This document shows positions 30,545 to 41,084 of a stretch of 64,000 nucleotides of DNA, piece by piece. Each line of letters starts with the position of its first letter. Within the stretch, counting starts at the first letter, position 1. Made by a program: the position numbers and the translations under genes. Source of the stretch: a bacterium (GTDB taxonomy: Bacteria > Bacteroidota > Ignavibacteria > UBA10030); NCBI GenBank assembly GCA_043803945.1, contig JAZDJN010000016.1, positions 160,001 through 224,000 on the forward strand. The letters run 5' to 3'. The notes under the pieces are model-generated. The model had not been told where the DNA came from. It did no database searches and saw nothing but the letters and a program-made list of their open reading frames with translations.

Positions 30545-31324
30545 CTATTCGTAACGATCAAGTTTGAATTTTTCTCCGAGGTACAATTTCTTGGCTTCGG
30601 GGTCGCTCGCCAGGTACTCAGCGGTTCCTGATTTCAAGATCTTCCCTTCAAAGAGCAAGTAGGACCGATCAGTAATGGAGAGTGTTTCATGCACGTTATG
30701 ATCGGTAATGAGAACTCCGATTCTTTTCTGCTTGAGCTCCATGACAATCCGCATAAGGTCTTCAACAGCTATCGGATCAATCCCGGCAAAAGGTTCATCC
30801 AGTAACATGAATTTTGGATCAAGCGCAAGTGCTCGTGCTATTTCCGTGCGACGGCGTTCCCCGCCGGAGAGAACATACCCCTTACTATTTTCAAGGTGGA
30901 CCAATCCAAAATCTTCCATCAACTGCTGACATTTATCTTGCTGCTCACTTCGAGAAAGCCGGCTGGTTTCCAGAACGGCAAGAATATTTTCCCGCACAGT
31001 CAAGCGTCGAAACACCGAAGCTTCCTGGGACAGATACCCGATTCCCATTCTGGCCCGACGATACATTGGCATAGTCGTGATGTCCGTCTCGTCAAGGTAC
31101 ACGGAACCTCCATTGGGAGGGACCATGCCAACAATCATATAGAATGTTGTCGTCTTGCCGGCACCATTTGGTCCAAGCAACCCCACAATTTCACCTTGAG
31201 AAACCTGCACCGTTACTTCATTTACCACGGTGCGGCTTTTATAACGCTTCACTAAAAGCTCCGAACGCAGGAGGCTGAGCTTCGGTTCTTCCATAGATCC
31301 TTCGATTGGATTCTGTTGTTCCAT
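30545..31324 (-). CDS. lptB: LPS export ABC transporter ATPase
   Basis: [35 protein letters not shown]; start 31324 (alternative 31339). Confidence 0.97.
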   Translation of the reverse strand: MEQQNPIEGSMEEPKLSLLRSELLVKRYKSRTVVNEVTVQVSQGEIVGLLGPNGAGKTTTFYMIVGMVPPNGGSVYLDETDITTMPMYRRARMGIGYLSQEASVFRRLTVRENILAVLETSRLSRSEQQDKCQQLMEDFGLVHLENSKGYVLSGGERRRTEIARALALDPKFMLLDEPFAGIDPIAVEDLMRIVMELKQKRIGVLITDHNVHETLSITDRSYLLFEGKILKSGTAEYLASDPEAKKLYLGEKFKLDRYE

Positions 31325-31345
31325 GAATTCCTTATTCACTCCACA

Positions 31346-32671
31346 TCAATGAACAATTTGAAGTTTCACACGACGGGGCCTGTTGGGGATGAGACGAAAT
31401 CCGTCCAATTGATAGTCACGCTCATGATTGGCAATTTGTGATTCAGGCAGATAGCGCCCTTCGACACCTTTGATAATCCTTATCGACTCCGATTTCCCAT
31501 CATTGAATTCAATGATAATTCGATCGCCGCTCGATCGATTGGCACCATTGGATTCACCCTTTTCATAGACATAGTACAGACTTGTGGCAGTCCGATCTGC
31601 CTCAATGCGTTGCAGTTTGTTCCTTTCAAAGTACATCGTCATCTCCCGCGCTGTCAACTGATCATACCGCTGCACCTGAATGGAGTCGGATTGAGAAAGG
31701 GCCATGGACCGGCCCCTGATGGTCACCTTTTCCAATCTTCTCTTCTTCAAGATGATATCAATGGAATCTCCGGTCACCTGACTCTCTCCCTGCCAAAGGA
31801 TCGGGCTATTGCGCAAGGCAATATGATCGTCCTTGAGATAATAGACGACGAAACCGGCACGCGATGCGAAATCGCTGCGAATCATCTCAACACTATCCCG
31901 GACGATAAATCGCTGTGTGCTGTCGCGATACGCCTCCATCACTTTGCCTGACACCAGCAAAGTATCAAGAACTCCAGCCGACGACGTATCGATCTGGATC
32001 ATAAGCGGATTTTTCAGCATAAGGGAATACTGCCGCTGTGAAAAGTGGACCAGCGAATCACCAAGAATTGTGAGATTATTCTCAGGAGAATATACCTTGA
32101 CATTTCTCACCGCGATAGACTTCTCCTCTTCCTCAAAGAAAACCAGATCATTGCAATCAGTTGATGATGTTGAATCGACAACGTGAATGTTCCCCGAAAA
32201 ATGGGCACGCTTCTCCCTGACATAATACTCGCCGTACGCTGCCGTGAGAGTTATTTTCCCTTTCTCCAGACGGACGTGCTTCTTCATTTCAGCCCGGCGA
32301 TCATTACCAAAGTATTCCCCTTCCGGCGCATACAGCACCACACTATCACGGATAATCTTGACTTTGCCAAACAACTCCATTCTGTTTTCATCCATATATT
32401 GAAATGCGGTATCACACCAAGCTTCAATCGTCTCCTCTGGAGCACGCTGAATGAAATGAACGTTTCCAATTAATACCCGTACCTCCTGATCTTTGACGAC
32501 CTTGACATGATAGAGGTCTGCCGACTTTAATTCGATAATTCGCCCCTCCTGTGCAAGCAGCGGCGTTATCAGGCAGAGAACTACGATTGCCAGCGAGATT
32601 ACTCTATGAGAACCAATCGCTCTCCCCATTCGATTTCGACACTGTCGATATGTTCTGAACCAGTGTTCCAT
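31346..32671 (-). CDS. Long LptA/OstA-like periplasmic protein
   Basis: Between lptC and lptB; signal peptide; repeated beta-jellyroll-like segments (GNVHF, GKVKI, GNIHV); start uncertain. Confidence 0.8.
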   Translation of the reverse strand: MEHWFRTYRQCRNRMGRAIGSHRVISLAIVVLCLITPLLAQEGRIIELKSADLYHVKVVKDQEVRVLIGNVHFIQRAPEETIEAWCDTAFQYMDENRMELFGKVKIIRDSVVLYAPEGEYFGNDRRAEMKKHVRLEKGKITLTAAYGEYYVREKRAHFSGNIHVVDSTSSTDCNDLVFFEEEEKSIAVRNVKVYSPENNLTILGDSLVHFSQRQYSLMLKNPLMIQIDTSSAGVLDTLLVSGKVMEAYRDSTQRFIVRDSVEMIRSDFASRAGFVVYYLKDDHIALRNSPILWQGESQVTGDSIDIILKKRRLEKVTIRGRSMALSQSDSIQVQRYDQLTAREMTMYFERNKLQRIEADRTATSLYYVYEKGESNGANRSSGDRIIIEFNDGKSESIRIIKGVEGRYLPESQIANHERDYQLDGFRLIPNRPRRVKLQIVH

Positions 32672-32682
32672 TGCAGTACGCT

Positions 32683-33231
32683 CTAGCGGGCCTTTGAAGT
32701 ACCGGACACCTGAAATATTTTGTAGTTCTTCAAGGATTGATCCGACTCGAATCCTTTTCCATTGATTCTTTCTGTGGGCGATACAATAAGCACCTCCTCC
32801 GGAGTATGAATCAATTCCTTCCGATTATCCCAAAAGAGCTGAACAGTATACAGCGTGGTACTATCTTTCGAGGATACAACTACATTTCCCTGGGCGGTGA
32901 TGTTATTGGTCAGATCATCGACCCTGCCATCTTGGGCGGTCATGATCGATCCTTCCTTCCCGCGGAAATCATAGAATTGGATTTTCACTCCTTCACTGAA
33001 AAGAGTAATCTTTGGACTTTCATATTTTCGTATGTAACCTGCGGTAATGAGAGCCCGCAATCGTCCTGAATCGGATAATGCAATGGTACTCATCCAGCTT
33101 TCTTGACTGGGCATATTCTTACTCTCCAGGCCAGGGATAACCGCAGGTTTTATTTTCTCTTCACAGGAAGAACAGAATAAGACAAGAAAAGTACAGCAAA
33201 GAAAAATGCCGGTGCGGATGGGAGATCTCAT
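32683..33231 (-). CDS. lptC: LPS export protein LptC
   Basis: Lipoprotein-like N-terminus; GNVVV...LFWD...IHT...GKGFESD; position in the kds-lpt operon. Confidence 0.88.
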   Translation of the reverse strand: MRSPIRTGIFLCCTFLVLFCSSCEEKIKPAVIPGLESKNMPSQESWMSTIALSDSGRLRALITAGYIRKYESPKITLFSEGVKIQFYDFRGKEGSIMTAQDGRVDDLTNNITAQGNVVVSSKDSTTLYTVQLFWDNRKELIHTPEEVLIVSPTERINGKGFESDQSLKNYKIFQVSGTSKAR

Positions 33232-34208
33232 CCTACTGTATCTCCACCAATTCCTGCTTTGACAAGGTCATGTAAATGGATCATGCCGATGGGCGCGTTT
33301 CGTTCGTCCACAACAATAAGCTGGGTAATATTGTAGCCTTCCATTTCCTCAAGTGCAGAGGCAGCTAATAATTCCTTTCTGATCGTCTTGGGATTTTTTG
33401 ACATTGCCTGCGCGGCAGTAACATTCGTTACATCGCTCGTTCGCTGCAACAAACGGCGCAGGTCTCCATCAGTGATAATCCCAGCAAGCTGACCGGCCTC
33501 ATCCACCACACAAGTGGCTCCGAGTCGTTTTGTCGTCATTACGACAATCGCCTCGGATAATGGCACTGAGGAAGGCACACAAGGCACATCCTGGCCAGAA
33601 ACCATGAGTTCTTCAATCCGCAGCAACAAGCGTCTCCCAAGATTCCCCCCGGGGTGGAACAGAGCAAAATCTTCTTTTGTGAATTGGCGTTTCTTCAAGA
33701 GGACAATCGCGAGCGCATCTCCCATGACCAGGGTTGCGGTTGTCGATGCGGTAGGAGCAAGATCGTGCGGACAAGCTTCCTCCGGTACGCTGACATCAAG
33801 CACGATATCACTTTCCTGTGCCAGATGAGAATTCTTCACTCCTACCATCGAGATAATTTTGACGCCAATACGTCTCAACATCGGCGTTAACTGTCGCAAT
33901 TCCTGCGTCTCTCCGCTTTTCGAGAGGCAGATAACAACATCTTCTTTTCTTACTATTCCCAGGTCACCATGGATTGCATCAGCAGGATGAAGAAACACCG
34001 CCGGTGTCCCAGTCGAATTCATTGTGGCAACTATTTTTCGTGCCACGAGACCAGACTTTCCCATCCCTGTTACAATCACACGCCCGGAACTCTGTAAAAT
34101 CAGATCAATCGCAGCGCTAAAATTCTCGTCGATTTTCGATAGAAGTCCCACAATCGCTTCCAGTTCAATCCGAACAACCTCTTTACCAGCCTCACTTGAA
34201 GACTTCAT
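33228..34208 (-). CDS. kdsD: Arabinose-5-phosphate isomerase (KpsF/GutQ, SIS+CBS)
   Basis: GMGKSG, HGDLG, APTASTT..GDALA, FHPGG.LG, ITDGDLRR. Confidence 0.96.
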   Translation of the reverse strand: MKSSSEAGKEVVRIELEAIVGLLSKIDENFSAAIDLILQSSGRVIVTGMGKSGLVARKIVATMNSTGTPAVFLHPADAIHGDLGIVRKEDVVICLSKSGETQELRQLTPMLRRIGVKIISMVGVKNSHLAQESDIVLDVSVPEEACPHDLAPTASTTATLVMGDALAIVLLKKRQFTKEDFALFHPGGNLGRRLLLRIEELMVSGQDVPCVPSSVPLSEAIVVMTTKRLGATCVVDEAGQLAGIITDGDLRRLLQRTSDVTNVTAAQAMSKNPKTIRKELLAASALEEMEGYNITQLIVVDERNAPIGMIHLHDLVKAGIGGDTVG

Positions 34209-34252
34209 AAAGAATCCTCATTTTCATTTCGATCTTTCATTCTTCCAACGGT

Positions 34253-34771
34253 TCACACTTTCTTTCGGGGAGGTGCCTGTGCGTCCAGGATCAAATCGAT
34301 GAGTTCCCGTACAGCGCCATCCCCGCCCACTCGCCTGCAAACATACTGAACGACATGCTTGACACGGGGTACCGCATCGGAGGGTGCAGCAGAAACTCCC
34401 ACCCGTTGCAGCACGGGAATGTCAAACTCATCATCGCCGATGTAGGCGATCTCTTGATCCTCCAATGCATACTTCCTTTTTACATCTTCATAGGGCCCGA
34501 TCTTCTCTTCTGCATTTTGATAGACATCGATAATTCCAAGCTGCCTTGCCCGTCTATCCACGATGGGGGAATTGCGACCCGTAATGATTCCCACTCGTAC
34601 TCCTGCTCGTTGGAGTTTCACGATCCCGTACCCATCTTTTGTGTTGAACTTCTTTAACTCTTCCCCGGCAGCGGAATAGTACACTCCACCATCCGTCATC
34701 ACGCCATCAACATCGAGGAGAACGAGCTTAATCTTTTTCAGGGCAGAACGATATAGTTGTTTTGACCGCAA
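34253..34771 (-). CDS. kdsC: KDO-8-phosphate phosphatase
   Basis: LDVDGVMTDG, ITGR, YIGDD..D, GGDGAVRE. Confidence 0.95.
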   Translation of the reverse strand: MRSKQLYRSALKKIKLVLLDVDGVMTDGGVYYSAAGEELKKFNTKDGYGIVKLQRAGVRVGIITGRNSPIVDRRARQLGIIDVYQNAEEKIGPYEDVKRKYALEDQEIAYIGDDEFDIPVLQRVGVSAAPSDAVPRVKHVVQYVCRRVGGDGAVRELIDLILDAQAPPRKKV

Positions 34772-34786
34772 CTGGTTGGGAAAGAG

Positions 34787-35620
34787 TTAGAATGTTTTTG
34801 TTCTAATGCTCCGTACAGCAGCATCAATAGCAAGAACCTGTTTCAACAGATCGCCGAGCAAATCCAATGGCAATTGGCTAGCCGCATCGCTCAGCGCTCG
34901 TGAGGGGTCAGGATGAGTTTCAATAAAGAGTGCATCGCAACCTGCAGCCACTCCGGCCCGGGCGATCGGGAAGATAAACTCGGGCTGCCCTCCACTTCGA
35001 GAACCTTCTCCCCCAGGAAGCTGGACAGAATGCGTTGCGTCCATCACAACCGGGTATCCAGTGCGACGCATAATGGGCAATGAACGCATATCGACAACCA
35101 GGTTATGATAGCCAAATGTTGTTCCGCGCTCAGTCAACAAGATTTTTTTATTCCCAGTATCTTCAACCTTTTGGGCTGCCAATCGCATATCCTCAGGTGC
35201 CGCAAACTGCCCTTTTTTAATATTGACAACCTTGCCTGTCGCTCCAGCAGCCTGCAGGAGCTCAGTCTGCCGGCAAAGAAACGCCGGTATTTGGAGAACA
35301 TCGGCAACATCCGCAGCAGCGCTGACCTCTTCGACAGAGTGGACATCTGTGAGGATAGGGATTCCGAACTCGTCATGAACCTCTTTCAGAATGCTGAGTG
35401 CTTCATGCATGCCGATGGTGATAAAGGAACTGCCGGAGGACCGATTTGCTTTTTTATACGAGGATTTGAAAATCCAGGATATTCCCTGCTGGGTTGCGAG
35501 ACGATCGATCTTCTGGGCGGTTCGGAGGATCGTACTTCGACTCTCAACGACACAGGGGCCAGCAATCAGCACGAGGGGAGAACCTCCTCCGATGACGACC
35601 TTCCCAACTCGAACCTTCAT
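34787..35620 (-). CDS. kdsA: KDO-8-phosphate synthase
   Basis: IAGPCVVE, KANRSS, QIPAFLCRQT, KKGQF, ERG, DATHSVQ; ATG 35620 after GAGG. Confidence 0.97.
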   Translation of the reverse strand: MKVRVGKVVIGGGSPLVLIAGPCVVESRSTILRTAQKIDRLATQQGISWIFKSSYKKANRSSGSSFITIGMHEALSILKEVHDEFGIPILTDVHSVEEVSAAADVADVLQIPAFLCRQTELLQAAGATGKVVNIKKGQFAAPEDMRLAAQKVEDTGNKKILLTERGTTFGYHNLVVDMRSLPIMRRTGYPVVMDATHSVQLPGGEGSRSGGQPEFIFPIARAGVAAGCDALFIETHPDPSRALSDAASQLPLDLLGDLLKQVLAIDAAVRSIRTKTF

Positions 35621-35761
35621 CGTTGCATCCTCACTATTGATTTCATTATTTTGTTTCAACCTACAAAAATTTGGCGGAAAATCAAAGCTGATGATCCGGG
35701 CCTGTCCTGTTGCATCTCCCTCGTTATTGCAGTATTTTTGAATTGATAAATCAATCAGGTT

Positions 35762-36619
35762 ATGGAACTTCGCTCTTACGCAAAAATCAATCTAGGACTT
35801 CGTATTCTTCGAAAGCGTCCCGACGGGTATCATGATATTGAGACGGTCTTTCGCCCAATTGATTTCTTTGATGAAATATCCATGTGGCAGTCGGACGAGA
35901 ATATTCTCTTCAGCACAGACAATCCATCTCTCCCAACAGATCAATCGAATTTGTGCGTTCGTGCAGCGATGATGCTCCAGGAATTAACCGGGTCGCATCT
36001 TGGTGTTGAAATCCGTCTGAGAAAACGTATACCCATCGGGGCAGGCCTTGGAGGCGGCAGCAGTAATGCTGCAACTGTCCTGACCGGTCTTATTCGGCTC
36101 TGGAATTTAGAGATGACACAAAAAGAACTGATCTCCATCAGCGGCCACTTGGGCTCTGATGTTCCCTACTTCATCCTTGGCAAATCGGCATATGCGACGG
36201 GAAAAGGAGAACAATTGTCCATGCTCCCATTAACCTTTCCATACTGGATTGTCACGGTAACACCCTCCATCCAGGTTTCTACGGTGTGGGCATACAAGCA
36301 CTGTACTCCAAGTCAGGAAGGAACTCAGGTCTCTCTGCGAGAATCGCTTTTGAAAGCCTCCGGTGACCTTTCACAGCTCGATCATGTCTTACGCAATGAT
36401 TTTGAACATGTCGTCTATCCTGCCTTTCCAGAGATTCGATTGCTGCGAGATTCGTTGGAAGCCCTTGGAGCCTTTACGGTTCATCTGAGCGGCAGCGGTT
36501 CATCAGTTTTCGGTCTCTTTACAAGTGAATCTTCCGCCTCACAGGCAATGCAGCAACTTTCAGGATTGCACACAGTGACTCTTACCAGACCTCATTTCAC
36601 GCCAGTCTTGCCTGACTAA
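35762..36619 (+). CDS. ispE: 4-diphosphocytidyl-2-C-methyl-D-erythritol kinase
   Basis: AKINLGL...DGYH, IPIGAGLGGGSSNAA, GSDVP, NDFE, SGSGS. Confidence 0.97.
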   Translation: MELRSYAKINLGLRILRKRPDGYHDIETVFRPIDFFDEISMWQSDENILFSTDNPSLPTDQSNLCVRAAMMLQELTGSHLGVEIRLRKRIPIGAGLGGGSSNAATVLTGLIRLWNLEMTQKELISISGHLGSDVPYFILGKSAYATGKGEQLSMLPLTFPYWIVTVTPSIQVSTVWAYKHCTPSQEGTQVSLRESLLKASGDLSQLDHVLRNDFEHVVYPAFPEIRLLRDSLEALGAFTVHLSGSGSSVFGLFTSESSASQAMQQLSGLHTVTLTRPHFTPVLPD

Positions 36620-36629
36620 CAACACGACC

Positions 36630-38606
36630 TTGAACCATAACGTCTCTGCACGAAATAAGGTTAAAGTTTTTTTCACTCTGCTTCTAGGGGCCTCACTTCT
36701 TTACTTTCCCTTGATGAGTCAACAAGTATCCTCGGCCTCAACCGCACGTGATACGTCGAAGGCGTCAACTCCAGATTCTCTTGAACAGATCTTCATCCCT
36801 TCGATGGGCAGCGCCTCGTTCCGAGCCGACTCCAATTCAATGCTTCATAGTACCCGTTTCATTGCACTGGATGCACTTACTCCAACTGGCCTCTTATCGC
36901 ATTATACCACACTCTTCTTCAGGGAGATAGGCAGTCCGGGGCAAACGACCGAGACTGTAGCTCAGGGAAATGACACTCGGTCGGTCTCATTTCTCCTCGA
37001 TGGCAGACCAATGAACGATCCAATCAATGGACAACTATCCCTGGAAAAAATCCCGCTGGAGTATGTCGATGAGATCGAAATTCTCTCTGGAGCACTCTCG
37101 TCATTCTGGGCAGCCAATGGTGTTGGATCGTCACTGAACTTCGTTTCTCATCAATACAATACACCCCGTCCGCTAACGAAGTTCAAGTTTCACCAGGGGT
37201 CCTTCGAACATATCGTCACAGATGTGCTTTTCAGTCAAAATGTGGCAAGAGGGCTGAATGCCATGGTTGGCATTCAGCGACAGGTAACCGACGGCCGTTT
37301 TCCTAATTCAAAATATGATTCCTGGAATCTTCGTACAAGACTTCGGTATAATCCTTCAAGGAAACTCAACCTCTGGTTCAGCGACCTTTACAATAAGCAT
37401 ACGACCGGCCTCAATCATGGCATCGACCGAAAAAAGAACACATTCCTGTACGACGAATTAACCTCTACTGTCGTTAACAGTACGGCATCAGAGAACTCCA
37501 CTGAACGTGATCTCACGTTGAATGCCCTCGCACGCGCATTTGATGACTCGACTTGGATCACCAGGGGTTCCCTTTACTACTCAGTGAAAGAACGAGAATA
37601 TCACGACCCGATGTTGTCGATGAAAAAATTCGTTCATTCAAACTACTGGGGGGGACAGCTTGACCAGCAATTCAAAAAATCATTTCTAACAGCAGCGATT
37701 GGTTTTGATGTGCAGCAGCGTAACGTTACAGAAAGCAACATTTTCGAATCGATTCGAGAAACCTACACCGCGTTCAAAGCCAAAATCGACCTTTTCCCCG
37801 ACGAAGCGCAAAGTATTCATGCTTTCGGTCGGTATGAACATCTCCGGTCGGAATCATATTTCTCATGGGGGGGAGAATTGAGCTCCCAGATAGCCGAACA
37901 ACTGACAGCAACAGCCGGATATTCAAGAGCACTCCGCCTTCCCACGATATTTGAGCGATACGCCATCGATTCACTTGTCATCCTCCAAAAACCACTCAAT
38001 CCGGAAATGCATTCTGCATTCAATCTGAAACTGCGATGGACGATTTCACCATCACTTCGAGCCACGCTGACCGCATTTGACAGAACGATTCACGATGCTA
38101 TCTTCTACCAGGCACTCCCCAGGGATTCATTTCCTTCCACACTCCTGATCAAGTCATCGAACAGTATTCATCACTTTGGAGTCGATCTCGAATTCCTTAT
38201 TCACTTCTGGAAGTTTGACCTCGTTCTGCTCGGATCATACCTTACCACACAACAAAACGAAGTCAATGCGATTCTGATACCTCGGTATCGAGTACGGGGA
38301 GAACTGACGTATAGTGAGATATTCTTTAATGGAGCATTGGATGGAAAAATTGGAATTCGAGGACTGGCGATAAGCAAACACCAGAGTTATGCATTTCTTC
38401 CTCATTTCGATTTCTATGCAGCTCTTCCATCTCTCACCATGAATCCTCTCAGTACTTTTGATCTTTTCGCCGCAGCAAAACTTGGAGATGCTTATCTGAC
38501 TTTTGTTATGGAAAATCCCCTCAATATCAATACCATGGTTACCCCCTACTACCCGATGCCGGGAAGAACCATCCGGTTTGGTGTCAACTGGAAATTTCTG
38601 GATTAA
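36630..38606 (+). CDS. Outer-membrane beta-barrel with TonB-dependent-receptor plug (putative porin-type C-terminus)
   Basis: Signal peptide; plug LLDGRPMND...IPLEYVDEIEI; ends PGRTIRFGVNWKFLD. Confidence 0.8.
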   Translation: MNHNVSARNKVKVFFTLLLGASLLYFPLMSQQVSSASTARDTSKASTPDSLEQIFIPSMGSASFRADSNSMLHSTRFIALDALTPTGLLSHYTTLFFREIGSPGQTTETVAQGNDTRSVSFLLDGRPMNDPINGQLSLEKIPLEYVDEIEILSGALSSFWAANGVGSSLNFVSHQYNTPRPLTKFKFHQGSFEHIVTDVLFSQNVARGLNAMVGIQRQVTDGRFPNSKYDSWNLRTRLRYNPSRKLNLWFSDLYNKHTTGLNHGIDRKKNTFLYDELTSTVVNSTASENSTERDLTLNALARAFDDSTWITRGSLYYSVKEREYHDPMLSMKKFVHSNYWGGQLDQQFKKSFLTAAIGFDVQQRNVTESNIFESIRETYTAFKAKIDLFPDEAQSIHAFGRYEHLRSESYFSWGGELSSQIAEQLTATAGYSRALRLPTIFERYAIDSLVILQKPLNPEMHSAFNLKLRWTISPSLRATLTAFDRTIHDAIFYQALPRDSFPSTLLIKSSNSIHHFGVDLEFLIHFWKFDLVLLGSYLTTQQNEVNAILIPRYRVRGELTYSEIFFNGALDGKIGIRGLAISKHQSYAFLPHFDFYAALPSLTMNPLSTFDLFAAAKLGDAYLTFVMENPLNINTMVTPYYPMPGRTIRFGVNWKFLD

Positions 38607-38610
38607 ACAC

Positions 38611-39144
38611 ATGCGCAAAATCATCTCGATCTTTGGCAGTTCACGCCCAGTAGAGGGTGATAATGAATATACAGAAGCCTTTTCTGTGGGCGAGCATCTT
38701 GCCCGCGCAGAATTCACAATCTGTAACGGTGGTTACGGCGGGATTATGGAAGCATCGGCACGGGGGGCGAAGCTTGCAGGCGGCAGCACCATTGGCATCA
38801 TCTCGTCTATTTTTCACCGAACTGCAAATCGATGGATGGACGAGACCATCCAGACACAATCGCTCGTTGAGCGTTTGCTGATGCTTGTGAACAAAGCGGA
38901 TGGGTACGTGGTACTGAAAGGCGGAACGGGAACACTCCTCGAATTAGCCTATGTTTGGGAAATCATCAACAAGCGAATGATCGACGAAAAACCTATTGTG
39001 CTTGTCGGTGATTTTTGGAGCGGTGTCGTAGAAACATTGAGGAATGAATTGATGTGGGAAGGTTTGGGAGATTGTACCAGCTTCATTCACGAGGTTGGTA
39101 CTCCCGAAGCATGTGCCGCTTTCTTAAAGGAACGGATCGGATAG
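38611..39144 (+). CDS. LOG-family nucleotide-binding protein
   Basis: IFGSS, NGGYGGIME, GGTGTLLEL, KPIVL; ATG 38611. Confidence 0.9.
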   Translation: MRKIISIFGSSRPVEGDNEYTEAFSVGEHLARAEFTICNGGYGGIMEASARGAKLAGGSTIGIISSIFHRTANRWMDETIQTQSLVERLLMLVNKADGYVVLKGGTGTLLELAYVWEIINKRMIDEKPIVLVGDFWSGVVETLRNELMWEGLGDCTSFIHEVGTPEACAAFLKERIG

Positions 39145-39170
39145 GATCGTCGTTAGATTGGTCAAGGGGG

Positions 39171-40283
39171 TCACCGTTTCTCCTTGATCACTTGTTCCAT
39201 CACGTCGAGCATCTTTTGAGTAGAGTCTTCCCAATTGAAGGAATGGGCCCACTGGAGCGACTGTTCGCTTAATCTATTGCGAAGATGCTCATCCCGAAGT
39301 ACGAGAAGAATTTTCTCAGCCAATTGCTCAATATTTCCATACTCATAAAGGAATCCCGTTTTCTCATCGATAACGGAATCACGCAATCCTGGCACATCGC
39401 TGGCAATAACCGGAACACCGCAAGCATTTGCTTCAATAACCGTTAGCCCCCAGCCCTCCTTCACGGAGCAATTGACTATGACATCCATCCGATTTAACAG
39501 GCGTACTTTTTCCTGTGCTGCAACATGACCGGTGAACTGGACAGCGCGTTCGATTTTTAAATCCTTTGTTAGCCGTTCTAATTCTTGCCTGGCGTCTCCA
39601 TCGCCGATAATCATCAATTTTGCCTGTGGAACTTCGCCAAGCACAATTTTAAACGCTTTGAGTAAATGGTCGATGCTCTTATATTTCTTTATTCTGCCAA
39701 GACTTCCTAATAAGAAATTATCCTTCTCGGATCCGGGTATGGGATGGTATAAAGTATGATCCACGCAGTTCTGTACGATAAAGAGATTATCAGCACTGAA
39801 ACCATATCCGATCAATTCCTGTTTTGTGCTTTCTGAAACCACAGCGATAGGGGTTGTGCGATACACTTTCGTAGCACGCCGCTCGGCAAGCGCAACATAC
39901 AACGCTGCGGGAAGAGACGTTTCAAGAAAGATACTTTGCCCGAAGAGGTGATGGACTATTCCGACAAGCGGTTCTTGAATAAATTGAGGAGTGTAGAATG
40001 GGATCTTATTGATATCATCCACTACGATATCATAACCTTCATGACGAAATTGTTTCCGATATCGCGGCGCAACAGTGAAGTTGAAAAGATTCCGCGAGCC
40101 GCTCCGGATTACTCGAATGCCATCGATCACTTCTTCCTTAAGAGCACCGCGATAGTGACAGCAATACAGAGTGACCGCATGCCCTTTAGCCACTATCCTC
40201 TTAAAGATCTCGTGTAATTGCACTTCCGCACCACCGGCAAACGGATTGTTGATATCCTGCCAATTCAGAACGAGGATTTTCAT
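39171..40283 (-). CDS. GT4-family glycosyltransferase
   Basis: MKILVLNWQD..NP.AGGAE, EGWGLTVIEANACG.PV, GLRDS; ATG 40283. Confidence 0.93.
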   Translation of the reverse strand: MKILVLNWQDINNPFAGGAEVQLHEIFKRIVAKGHAVTLYCCHYRGALKEEVIDGIRVIRSGSRNLFNFTVAPRYRKQFRHEGYDIVVDDINKIPFYTPQFIQEPLVGIVHHLFGQSIFLETSLPAALYVALAERRATKVYRTTPIAVVSESTKQELIGYGFSADNLFIVQNCVDHTLYHPIPGSEKDNFLLGSLGRIKKYKSIDHLLKAFKIVLGEVPQAKLMIIGDGDARQELERLTKDLKIERAVQFTGHVAAQEKVRLLNRMDVIVNCSVKEGWGLTVIEANACGVPVIASDVPGLRDSVIDEKTGFLYEYGNIEQLAEKILLVLRDEHLRNRLSEQSLQWAHSFNWEDSTQKMLDVMEQVIKEKR

Positions 40284-40284
40284 C

Positions 40285-41082
40285 TCAGGCTTTCTTCTTC
40301 CCAATCACACCGATGTCCATGCCGGTATAGCGTGGCATAATTGTTTTATGCAGCACACTGCGAATCTTTAGTCTTATATCCGTCAATCGTGGAAATGGCC
40401 GTGGATACAAAGGGAGTTGGATTCCGACCTTTTTCCCAACCTCGCGGAGAACTCGATAGTAGAAACTGGGATACATCCACTCACCATAGCAATGTACTGG
40501 CTCAAGCCCTTGCATTCGAAACAACTTCTTCAATTCAGGGACCGAGAACGATCTCTCCCATTCGACAAACCATTTCCCTACTGCAATCAAGAAAAACTTC
40601 GTCAAGGCATATGGATGAACCCGCTGCGGGACATCCACAAGAAGATATCCTCCTGGTTTAATGACTCTAATGTTTTCTCTCAATAGCGCATCAGCTTGAG
40701 TCTTATGGAAATGTTCCAGCAATCCTTGATGAAAAACAATATCGAAGCATTCATCTCGAAATGGTAAATTAAAAGCATCTCCGCCGATAATTTCCACCTC
40801 AACCTTTTGTTCAGCAGCAATGGATTGAAGAATGCGGAGGGAATTCTCGGCATAATCGAGTTGATAAATCGTTGCCCCAACTCGAATCATAGCAAAGCTA
40901 TCGCGGCCGGTTCCCGCTCCAATTTCAAGTATCTTTTTCCCTTTCAAGGAAGTGACGAGAGATAGATTCTTCAGAACGCGGCCAGCATTTGAATACACAT
41001 GCTCGACATCTTTCTTTTCTTCCCAAACAGTCTCCCACTCTTCGCGCTTGACAATGTTCTGATTCGGGCTTCCTCCTGACAT
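40285..41082 (-). CDS. Class I SAM-dependent methyltransferase
   Basis: ILEIGAGTG, GDAFNLPF...FDIV..QGLLEH, KPGG. Confidence 0.92.
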   Translation of the reverse strand: MSGGSPNQNIVKREEWETVWEEKKDVEHVYSNAGRVLKNLSLVTSLKGKKILEIGAGTGRDSFAMIRVGATIYQLDYAENSLRILQSIAAEQKVEVEIIGGDAFNLPFRDECFDIVFHQGLLEHFHKTQADALLRENIRVIKPGGYLLVDVPQRVHPYALTKFFLIAVGKWFVEWERSFSVPELKKLFRMQGLEPVHCYGEWMYPSFYYRVLREVGKKVGIQLPLYPRPFPRLTDIRLKIRSVLHKTIMPRYTGMDIGVIGKKKA

Positions 41083-41084
41083 CC

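Noticed and set aside
35105-35746. 213-aa ORF antisense to kdsA
   Set aside because: Shadow ORF with no recognisable domain
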